Assembly: GCF_040938485.1 (NCBI RefSeq)
Contig: NW_027271016.1
Span: forward strand, 2,294,001 to 2,358,000
Reading direction: 5' to 3'
DNA: 64,000 bases
Source: Diadema antillarum
Taxonomy: Eukaryota
Part shown: in pieces, positions 54,193-64,000 of the stretch
How the letters are laid out: each line of letters opens with the position of its first letter
How positions within the stretch are numbered: the stretch's first letter is position 1
Translations under genes and position numbers: made by a program
The notes under the pieces: generated by a model
What the model was told of the DNA's origin: nothing
What the model saw: only the letters and a program-made list of their open reading frames with translations
Databases searched by the model: none

Positions 54193-55122
54193 GCAAAAAA
54201 CAAACAAAAACACACAGACAAACAAACGAAAACAAAGACACACAGAAAAGCATTGGCCGTGCAAGGTATGTATGACAGTTCTATACTATCTCCACCTTCC
54301 ACCAGCACTGTGCATCGCATCGCACTGTCGTCATAGCTTCGGCACACCCTTTGTACCGGGGCGGCTACTCGCTGAGTGATTTTCCCTCTCTCAACAACAA
54401 TTGTAAAGATCATAGTTTCATACAATACAGGGAATTGAGATGAAGATAAAATGTCATAGTGTATAGCTACTTGAGTGAGTCACTCAGTCGGAAATCGGAA
54501 ACAGTCCTAATGCTTTTTCGTTTGAGTCTATATATCTTTTCTTACTTTTTCCTTCCCCGATCACCTTTGGATTTCCGCCTTGTGCAACTATTTTTTCTTC
54601 ATTTTTTTTTTTACTATCCCACGTCCCTCTATACCAGAAGAAAAGAAGAGAACCGAAAAGTATTTTTATACTGCACTTGCGCGCCACCTGGTGAATCATC
54701 TATTGGAATATTTCAGGGATCCATTCTGATTTACGATGAGTGTGAACGAAACGTGGTATAATGATACGTGGAGAACGGATGAAACGAATGACGATGGTAA
54801 TAATAACGATAATTATGATGATAATGATGAATGTAATGATAGTAAGAACTAATCAAAACCATAATCATAACTTAATTACATAGTGATGATTGATGATTGA
54901 TTTATCATCATTATCTAAATCACTTTTATCATTTTGAATAATATGTTTACTTTATGATGATGATAATGTAATGATAGTCCAGTGTACCCACTGCAGCCTT
55001 TAAACACGTATTACCTCAAAAATTTTCCCCTGTAGACGGCCCTGTCATTACGTCATTAGCCCTACAATTGCCCCGTCTCTATTCCCACACCAATGTCAAG
55101 AGGGATATCGGTGGTAGTGGAG

Positions 55123-55543
55123 GATGTTCATTACACCGAAGGTTCGTTCATCCAAACATTTTGTGGTGTTATTTCGGAGGTTCGCAATTGCGAGGGTTCG
55201 TAATTCGGAAGATGACAAAAGATTCTGTATTCCGAAGGTTCGTTAATACGAAAATGAAATAGGATTCGTCGTTCCGAAGGTTCGTTTATCTGAAAATGAA
55301 ATAAGGTTCGTTAATCCGAAAATGTAGACGGTGAGTACTAACTAACGAACCTTCGAAATTACGAACCTTATTTCCTCTTCTGGTTAACAAATCTTCGAAA
55401 TAACTAACCTTCGGAATAACGAAGCTTATTTCACTTTTGGATTAACGAACCTTCGAAGTAACGAACATTCGGAATAACGAACCTTCTGAATAACAAACTT
55501 TATTTCAATTTCGGATTGACGAACCTTCGGAATAACGAACTGG
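55123..55543. mobile_element. Foldback-like palindromic element built of internal GTTCGTTATTCCGAAG-type repeats
   Basis: The left arm has repeated GGTTCGTTAATCCGAAAATGAAAT/TTCCGAAGG and the right arm has the reverse-complement CGAACCTTCGGAATAACGAAC units. The centre is at about 55326-55345. Confidence 0.8.
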
Positions 55544-56698
55544 AATTGACGAAGCATCTGTCTCAAGTGAGATAGGAATCGAACTCCTTAGAATCTCTTC
55601 TGAGCAATCTCTTCCGAACAATTCAGATTCAATTATCCACCACGTGGCACGCACTGCTTCCCCGAAAAAAATGATATTTCTCTGTCATTTAAAAATACGT
55701 CTTCAAGCTCAAAAGAGCTTAACATTCCCATATATCTCCAAAATAGATGCATGACTTTAATGGCTGAAGTAGAAATCCATACAATAACGAGAGCAAATAT
55801 GCACCCACAGTAATTGAACGCCATGTACTGTGAATAATCTCACTGTCTGAAAAGACGAAAAGAAAGAATGTGTTTGCCATTGAGCCAGACATAATATCAT
55901 ATACATATGTTTTTTACCCTTTTCTCTTTCTTTTTCCTTTTTGCGTTGCTTTGTTGGGAAATAGCGCCTAGGGCGTGGGGGAGAGAGATCTTGACTTTCT
56001 CCGCGGTCCCTTTAGATGGAGAGGCACGGGCAGTGGTTTACATTTCGCGCCGGGTGTTTGTATTGGGCTTACTTGAGACGTCTGCAGCTCATCGCCGTAT
56101 ACCGCCGCGCTATCTGAAATTGTTAGCCATAGGGTGCGCCGCAGTGATGTGGGAAGTGTGGCCCATAGTCTATAACGAAGGCAATAACAGACAGACATAA
56201 ATACACACACCAATCCTCTTCATATGGGGTTAAGGTTCATCACACGGCATCTCACTATAAGTCCTCTCAGTTTTGTTACAATTTAATGCACATAAGAACC
56301 TATGTATACTAGTATACGTCGTAGATATGCGTATTCCAATATTTCAATTCATATCCTCTTTCTTCATTTCTTTTATGCATGCATGCTCATTTATACAGGT
56401 CGTATTGCCTTTTAGTTCCAACTACTCGGAATTTCTTGCTTTGCTTTGTTTTCCATTAAACACCCATAATAAGACAAAGAAAATGGTGGTTTGGAGCATT
56501 TGCCGGCCTTTTCTAACTTTGTTGGTTTCTTTTGTACTTAAGAATGCGTAGAAATAGAGAGAGAGAAAAAAAAGGGGGGTGAGCGTTCAGATATCTTTCA
56601 CTCAATCCATTTTCTTGCCAACTCGAGTGTTTGCTTAGATCCTCCAAACGGTGTTAGACTCGTTCTTTTTTTTTTTCTTGTTGCCAAAGACACCGTCG

Positions 56699-56836
56699 NN
56701 NNNNNNNNNNNNNNNNNNNNNNNNNNNNNNNNNNNNNNNNNNNNNNNNNNNNNNNNNNNNNNNNNNNNNNNNNNNNNNNNNNNNNNNNNNNNNNNNNNNN
56801 NNNNNNNNNNNNNNNNNNNNNNNNNNNNNNNNNNNN
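56699..56836. other. Assembly gap (N run)
   Basis: N run. Confidence 0.99.
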
Positions 56837-57974
56837 TTGCTTTAGTTGCACTAAATGCTTCGGATGGAATCAGAGGGCCGCGATTATTCCTAGTTAATCT
56901 GAGCCAGTTTTTAGGGCGAAGGTCTGTACGAAGATTAATCTCACTCACTCTCTCACTAACAGCGAGTTCTGCTGATTACCATCAAAGACTAGTTATATCA
57001 TTTGGTGACGTAAACGCTCTCTCGACTGTAATCTATTTGGTTTCCGTTTGTCGGGGGTAAAAACCGTAAACACTCGAACAAGGTTCACACTGCTGGTTTG
57101 GCATTAATGCTCGTTATGGCAGAGAACTCGCGTCAAGAGCGATTTTCGAGAAAATGCACGACGTTAAAATCGGATGTTTGATTGATTTAAACTAAGATTG
57201 GAGGATTATCAATATGACAAACTGTTTTGTTGTGATGGTGAAACGACGAAGGTGGTGACGTTACATGTTTAGCGTACATCACAACAAAAACAACAAAATA
57301 GCGCAGAGGGACTGAGTAAAAAGAAGAGTTGAGGTTGTCATCCAGTTCTACTTACAAGCATAATTTGATTTACGGGGCTACAGAGATAATACTCTTTGGA
57401 CCTGGATGCAAGATATCTTCATGTTGATGGACATTATCTTCCTAGAAGGAATAATGGACGACCGTCTGGCTATGTTTTCATGATGTTCGACTATTTTTTT
57501 TTTTTTAGAATATAAGGGTTTCATTTCGCTTAACCCACCAAGACCCGGAGACCACATTTCTGTGATTTGGTGCTTTATGTTTCTATTACAGTGTGTTGAT
57601 ATCATTATTCAATGTTGATATTTCACAAGGTAAAGTAAACAATATTCTTCAAGCACTTTGAAAATTATATATCATCATTATTCATTTTGGTTGCAGATTT
57701 TTCTAACTCCTCTTTATTGCTAAATTTTAAATCCATTCATATCGTAAATCGTGAACGGCAATACATTCAGAAGGGTAAAATTCTTTTTTTTTTCTCGAAT
57801 TAGCACGCTTTCTTGCAAATCATTTCGGACTTTGTGCGGATTTGTTTAATTCTATACCAGTTGTTATATATGTTATCTTCATCCAGTATAAGACATGCAG
57901 TTGCGCAGTGTAATTCCGAGGCGCCGCTTAAATGATTACAAGATCAAAATCTCTGCGCAAAAATTAATGGGTTA

Positions 57975-58046
57975 ATTCATTCATTAATTTTATTTCAGCA
58001 TTGCACAGGCTTCAGCCATGGCCGTTCTTCAGCATGTCCGTGCAAT
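57975..58046 (-). mobile_element. LINE/SINE 3' terminus remnant (stem-loop, AATAAA, (AATG)n tail)
   Basis: The minus strand reads ATTGCACGG...CCTGTGCAAT (stem), then GCTGAAATAAAATTAATGAATGAAT. Confidence 0.5.
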
Positions 58047-58078
58047 GGGTGAACAGAAAGAGCGAACATAATCAGTTA

Positions 58079-58466
58079 CAGTTCGTTGTTCCGAAGGTTC
58101 GTTAACCCGAAAATGAAACAAGAATCGTTATTCCGCAAGTTTATTTATCCGAAAATGAAAAAAAAAAAACAAGTTTCGCTACTTCAAAAAGTCGTTGTTT
58201 CAAAGGTTCGTTTATCCGAAAAAGAAATAAAGCTTGTAATTCCACCGTTAAAGGTTCGTTAGTATACGCACCTTCTTTTCATTTTTGGATCAACGAACCT
58301 TCGAAATAACGCCACAAAATTAATGTTAAAATCAACGAACCCGATTTCATTTTTAGTTAATTAATATCTATGTATAGGAAATTTGTGTGTTTCGGAATAA
58401 CAAATCTTTGGAGTAACGAACCTTACTACATTCTTGGGTTAACGAACCTTAGGTATACCGAACATC
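58079..58466. mobile_element. Second, more decayed foldback-like element of the 55123 family
   Basis: CAGTTCGTTGTTCCGAAGGTTCGTTAACCCGAAAATGAA at left and GGGTTAACGAACCTTAGGTATACCGAACATC at right. Confidence 0.75.
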
Positions 58467-58764
58467 ATCTAACATACCAATAGGAAACAGGATATCTGAG
58501 ATAGCTCAATAAAAATGTTCATTTTCTATAGAATATTGCTGTGCTTATCATGAATAGGTGACATTTAAAATCCTTCTGAATTCTTTCCCTGATTCTCTTG
58601 ATTAAGCTTTTTTTTTTTTCCTTCTGACATGGTAACAGTGATGTTGGAGCTGTTTTCAGAGTCCAGCGATTCAAAATCACATTTCGAAGCCAACACACAC
58701 AGAACATGCCTTTGAAAAAGTCAGCATTTCACCCCCTTTGTGATATCAATAATATTGTTCGATG

Positions 58765-58811
<47 letters not shown>

Positions 58812-59021
58812 TTATATATTTGTATACACGTACATTTATTTATATATACAGCGTGTCCCACACAAAAATGTTAACGGCACTCTAAATGAGTATAATTTGA
58901 AAATTACCAAATAATATTGTATATAATTTTATAATCGTAAACTAGCATTTATTTCATATACAACTGGCTTAAATTTTGTGCAATATGGTCCGTTGAACAC
59001 AGAGATATGAGCCTTCTTTCA

Positions 59022-61633
59022 CAACGGCGTAGCCAGGATTTCATCTTAGGGGGGGCGGTGAGTCTGCGAGGGAGCGAAGCGACCGAGCCCGAGCGAGCGG
59101 AGCGAGCGAGGGGGGGAGGGTGTGGGAGGGGGGTGTCCCCCCTCCCACGGTAAGAACTTTTTGCATTTTGATGTTGTAAATGGTGTAATTTGATGCATGT
59201 TTTTGCGCGTTTTATCGACGTGAAACAGTACCACTTGTTTATGATAGCAGTTTATTTTGATGTAGATTATTATGGAACAATTTGCCTATAAAAGGGTATA
59301 ATTTAGATACACTTCTTGTATTAATTCTTTTCACTGAATATCATGAACGCGACTGAACCCGAGCGAGCGGAGCGAGCGAGGGGGGGGGGGGGGGAGGGTG
59401 TGGGAGGGGGGTTTCCCCCCTCCCACGGTAAAAACTTTTTGCATTTTGATGTTGTAAATGGTGCAATTTGATGCATGTTTTTGCGCGTTTTATCGACGTG
59501 AAACAGTCCCACTTGTTTATGGTAGCAGTTTATTTTAATGTAGATTATTATGGAACAATTTGCCTATAAAAGGGTATAATTTAGATACACTTCTTGTATT
59601 AATTCTTTTCACTGAATATCATGAACGCGACTGAACCCGAGCGAGCGGAGCGAGCGAGGGGGGGGGGGGAGGGTGTGGGAGGGGGGTGTCCCCCCTCCCA
59701 CGGTAAAAACTTTTTGCATTTTGATGTTGTAAATGGTGCAATTTGATGCATGTTTTTGCGCGTTTTATCGACGTGAAACAGTCCCACTTGTTTATGGTAG
59801 CAGTTTATTTTGATGTAGATTATTATTGAACAATTTGCCTATAAAAGGGTATAATTTAGATACACTTCTTGTATTAATTCTTTTCACTGAATATCATGAA
59901 CGCGACTGAACCCGAGCGAGCGGAGCGAGCGAGGGGGTAGGGGAGGGTGTGGGAGGGGGGTGTCCCCCCTCCCACGGTAAGCACTTTTTGCATTTTGATG
60001 TTGTAAATGGTGCAATTTGATGCATGTTTTTGCGCGTTTTATCGACGTGAAACAGTCCCACTTGTTTAAGGTATATATTAATAGCAGTATATTTTAGTGT
60101 AGATTATTATTGAACAATTTGTCTATAAAATGATATAATTTTAATACACTTCTTGTATTAATTTTTTTCACTGAATATCATGAACGCGACTGAACCCGAG
60201 CGAGTGGAGCGAGCGATGGGGGGAGGGTGTGGGAGGGGGTGTCCCCCTCCCACGGTGAGAACTTTTTGGATTTTGATGTTGCAAATGGTGCAATTTGATG
60301 CATGTTTTTGCGTATTTTAACGAGTTGAAACAGTGCCACTTGTTTAAGGTTGCAGTATATTTTAGTGTAGATTATTAATTTATTGAACAATTTGCCTATA
60401 AAATGATATAATTTAAATACACTTCTTGTATTAATTCTTTTCACTGAATATCATGAACGCGACTGAACCCGAGCGAGTGGAGCGAGCGAGGGGGGAGGGG
60501 AGGGTGTGGGAGGGGGGTGTCCCCCCTCCCACGGTGAGAACTTATTGCATTTTGATGTTGCAAATGGTGCAATTTGATGCATGTTTTTGCGTGTTTTAAC
60601 GAGTTGAAACAGTCCCACTTGTTTAAGGTTGCAGTATATTTTAGTGCAGATTATTATTGAACAATTTGCCTATAAAATGGTATAATTTAAATACACTAGT
60701 CTTCTTGTATTAATTCTTACACTGAATACCATCAACGCTGTCTGTTCAGCAATCAAACAGAAAAACATGCACACGAGGGTGTAGATAGGGGCATATCCCC
60801 TGCCACACGAAGGTGATTTTGCGTTTTCAGACCTGAAATTCAGCGATCTGGTGCAAATTTTTGGTGCAATACTTTTTCATCGAAGTGTTAAAATCACGGA
60901 ATTTAGCTCTTATTCCGAATGTGCACCATCTGTGTGTATGTAAAGTCTAGTGAGGTAGAGCTTAGGGGAAGGGGGATTCCCCCTCCCGCTCGTGGAGCTT
61001 TTGCGTTTTTAGAATTGAAATAAAGCGATCTGGGTATAGCCACAGTCTACTTCTATGCATGGCGGGGGGGGGGGGGGGGGGGGCGAGCAGGGAGAAGGCG
61101 TGGGCGAGTGTTATCTCTACCCTTCCCTTCCGATGGAGCTTTTGCCTTTATCAACATTTGGGAAATCACCAAAAAAAACAAAAAAAAAACAAAAAAAAAC
61201 CTGATTTGGGGGGGGGGGGCTGAGGGAGGAAAGGGTCGATTAAAAGGGGGAATTCCCCTTATACATGAGGGAACCTTGAAATTTCGGAATATAAGTGATA
61301 AGTCTTGTGCACTCAGAATTATAATTTTTTGTAAATCTAAAAAGTGTACATAGCTAGGGAAAGAGGCACAGAGGGGGAGGGTTTGGGAGGGGGATACCCC
61401 CTCCCAAGCACGAGAGATTTTGCATATTTTGAATTGAAATTCAACGATCTGGTGCACACTTTGAGTGAAATATTCAAAAAAAAATATCTTATTTGATGAA
61501 AGGTTGCAAAGGAGACCCGCTTCATGTGCATGCATACAGCATACACGCATTTTTTTTTCCGCCTCCCAAATCCCCGGTCCAAATCTTAGGGGGGGGCGAC
61601 CGCCCCCATCGCCCCCCCCTGGCTACGCCAGTG
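59022..61633. mobile_element. Non-autonomous hAT-type element with an 8-bp TSD, nested in the Tc1/mariner TIR
   Basis: TTCTTTCA occurs at 59014-59021 and 61634-61641. The TIRs are CAACGGCGTAGCCAG and CTGGCTACGCCAGTG. No ORF. Confidence 0.9.
59088..60735. repeat. Tandem array of six ~270-285 bp units inside the hAT element
   Basis: Units start CCCGAGCGAG at 59088, 59358, 59636, 59911, 60195 and 60468. Each contains a GGGAGGGGGGTGTCCCCCCTCCC hairpin and an AT-rich half. Confidence 0.95.
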
Positions 61634-61664
61634 TTCTTTCAGCACTCGTCAGAAAACCTCTCCA

Positions 61665-61954
61665 TCCAAGTTTCGTTATTACGTTGAATAAAGTACGTAT
61701 TCCAATTACGTGTGGAACGTTGTTTCTTCTGCAACTTTGTCGGGGTTCTTGAATGAGGCTTCGCCTCACGTGGTCCATGTCAATGTTTTCTTGTGTCTGA
61801 ACTGTTATACTCTTCTCCCCGATTTGCCCTTGTTAAGGTTTTTGCTTGTACCTGTTTCCCTGTATTTGAGCACATTTCTAAGTATTGTCGCCTTGCATTG
61901 TGCAGCTCGTTGATTGAATTCTGCCTCGAATTCATCTTGTACCCTGTTCAGATT
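61665..61954 (-). pseudogene. Decayed Tc1/mariner transposase N-terminal HTH region (DUF4817-like)
   Basis: NLNRVQDEFEAEFNQRAAQCKATILRNVLKYRETGTSKNLNKGKSGRRV, then a frameshift near 61807, then ITVQTQENIDMDHVRRSLIQEPRQSCRRN...KLGW. This matches the VQxxFxxxF...KFRETGS...GRPRTVRTxENI pattern. No DDE/D domain is present. Confidence 0.8.
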
Positions 61955-62378
61955 TCGATCAGATTTCGATCAGATTTCGTCATGTTTCGCTGAACGCACA
62001 GGCGTTAATATGCCAGAATTTCTATTCATCGGAGAGGGATGAATGAATAGGTCCTCCCCAAGTCCTAAACAAATGAAAGTCTTTGCACATTTACGCCCGT
62101 GACTGAACGTGATTAGATATAATTTGCACCACTTGAATAGATAAAAAATCTAAATAGCTGAACCTGACAACACATACTACCGGTACTCAATACAAAACGT
62201 GGATGGAGAGGTTTTCTGATGTGTAATAAAAAATGCTCATATCTTTGTGGTTATTGGACCATATCTCATAAATTTTCGTCCAGTTGTAGAAAATGAATCG
62301 TAGTTTAAAGATGTAAAGGTAAAAACAGTATAATGTTATAATTTTAATATTATACTCATCTAGAGTGCCGTTAGCATT

Positions 62379-62509
62379 NNNNNNNNNNNNNNNNNNNNNN
62401 NNNNNNNNNNNNNNNNNNNNNNNNNNNNNNNNNNNNNNNNNNNNNNNNNNNNNNNNNNNNNNNNNNNNNNNNNNNNNNNNNNNNNNNNNNNNNNNNNNNN
62501 NNNNNNNNN
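62379..62509. other. Assembly gap (N run)
   Basis: N run. It probably hides the right terminus of the Tc1/mariner element. Confidence 0.99.
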
Positions 62510-62656
62510 TACAGTTTCATAGGTTTTGTTCCACAGCAATATCGTGATTGTGCTTATTGCTTTTTAGGTCATTTTACGTCATCCTGTACAAATTGTTTCC
62601 CACTAGTTAACCATCCCAGATATGTCCGTCTATTCCATTTTTTCGACTCTCAATAG

Positions 62657-62855
62657 GGGGTTCACACGTACACCAATTAGCTGGATACAAATCTCGAGAT
62701 TTGCATCGCGATCGGTATTTCGAGTTTTTTTGCACGTGTGAAGAGAAAAAATCCGACAATTAGCGCGATAAGCATTGCGATGCTAATCCCAAGAAATCTT
62801 GCGCTAATTCATCAATTAGCGGGATAATTTGCCCCGCGCTGGTACGTGTGAACGG
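62657..62855. mobile_element. ~200-bp MITE (Harbinger-like)
   Basis: A perfect 12-bp IR, GTTCACACGTAC (62660-62671) / GTACGTGTGAAC (62842-62853). A possible TAG TSD is present, but the register is ambiguous. Confidence 0.55.
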
Positions 62856-63154
62856 TAGGGTGTAGAATCTCGAGTTTTTATATCCCATCATGCAATGCGC
62901 ACATCACAACAGCCAGTGCCGTATATAAAGAGAGTCTGGCCAACTCGGTTTTCGGCTTATGAGATTTGAAGCCTGTGATTGGTCAAAAGCTGGTCCCATG
63001 ATCTACAGGCGCCATGTCGTTACCAAAGTCGATTACGCGGGCGCGAGCATAGCTCACACGGAGGGCCCATTGTTCGTTTCGCGCAGCTACGCGCTAATAT
63101 TGCTTGCCTTTAGGACGTCCCCAATATCGGTCACGGTGCAGTTGGGAGAATAAT

Positions 63155-63371
63155 TGTCATAGCCGTTGTCTACTTTATTGCAGTAGAAGGTATACAGGAA
63201 AGATAATCTGATATCTTACCGCGATAAACCGCTTTCCGACAGATCCAAAAGGAAGGAAAAAGTGGGAAATCGGAGTGCGACGAGAAAGCAGATCCAAAAG
63301 GAAGGAAAAAGTGGGAAATCAGAGTGCGGCCAGAAAACTGGTAAGCGAGGAGCAACTCGTTTCTGTTCCAG
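63155..63371 (+). pseudogene. Decayed THAP-like zinc-finger fragment, frameshifted by a 49-bp tandem duplication
   Basis: NRFPTDPKGRKKWEIGVRRE (63227-63286), then the duplicate DPKGRKKWEIRVRPENW*ARSNSFLFQ, followed by GTAAG at 63372. This resembles the THAP core HRFPxDxxRRxxWxxxxRRxNWxPxxxSxLC. Confidence 0.55.
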
Positions 63372-64000
63372 GTAAGATTCATTATACAGGTCAAAGGATC
63401 AATGTCAGGTAAAATGTTGAAATTCTGCTATCTACAGGTGTGATCTATTGTTGAAACATTATTACACAGTTCCTCCAAACCTTGGGGATTACCCAATGCA
63501 TAAAAAAACCACAGTATTTGCATGCCGCCATTACTCCACAATGACACGTACGGAAAGATTTTGGCTATGATGGTCAAAGGTCAAGTGAAATACTAACATG
63601 ACAGGATTTTCCCCATATTTTCAAAATGACCGCTCAAAGTATAGTCATAAAGATATATTGATCAAAGTGAAAATGCTCAAATTCCTTAATACTTGCTCAG
63701 TCTACGAGTCTTTAATAAAAAAGTCCATCCATTCACACCCACTTTAAGGAAAGTAAACACTTGACGCATTAAATTTTGTGACAAACATGCCATTCTTTCT
63801 GCCAAGTATGTGAAACTGTCGTGTAACATAAAGACGTGCTCCAGACCTGTTAAGAGAACAATGTAATATGGCGGAGGTATACCAGTCGCCATTAGGACAT
63901 GTTCATTTGTTTGTTTTTTTATTACTTACTTCATATCTATTCAATGATCTATCCATATAGTTCTGATTTGGTGTGGATGTCACCGAGGATATCCCTCATG

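Larger units (their letters stand above)
58849..62378 (-). mobile_element. Internally deleted long-TIR Tc1/mariner element; the right end runs into the gap
   Basis: TA|CAGCGTGTCCCA at 58847-58860. The TIR blocks 58867-58896 and 62349-62378 match at 28 of 30 positions. 61649-61668 and 62200-62219 match at 20 of 20 positions. It contains a transposase fragment. Confidence 0.85.

Noticed and set aside
59088-60735. CRISPR-like interpretation of the regular arrays (also 55123 and 58079)
   Set aside because: The context is eukaryotic, the units repeat in full without unique spacers, no cas genes are present, and the arrays are explained by transposon structure.
63731-63747. …CACACCCACT|TTAA as the right end of a Kolobok element carrying the THAP fragment
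   Set aside because: I found no matching left TIR upstream of the THAP fragment, so the link is unsupported.

Overview
This is AT-rich animal genomic DNA. It is probably echinoderm (sea-urchin-like), inferred from my recollection of the SINE and TTAA-MITE families present and not from a search. I found no intact protein-coding gene, RNA gene or CRISPR array. The ORF track is mostly short, low-complexity or gap-spanning noise. The window has six N gaps and many microsatellites. About 1-44 kb is relatively TE-poor and CpG-retaining, with a promoter-like island at about 40.3-41.3 kb and a few weak exon candidates. About 44.8-64 kb is TE-dense. The best-supported structures are: (i) a three-tier nest at 58.8-62.4 kb, where a long-TIR Tc1/mariner relic with a decayed HTH transposase fragment holds a hAT-type element (exact 8-bp TSD) that carries a 6-unit ~275-bp tandem array with a chimeric unit; (ii) a 5'-truncated L1/Tx1 retrotransposon inserted in a (CA)n tract and carrying a palindromic MITE in its 3' UTR; (iii) two tRNA-derived SINEs with different cores but a related 3' module; (iv) several TTAA-flanked Kolobok-type MITEs; (v) two foldback-like elements in opposite orientation; (vi) a decayed THAP-like domain. 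I found no convincing novel gene system; the interesting biology here concerns mobile-element architecture.
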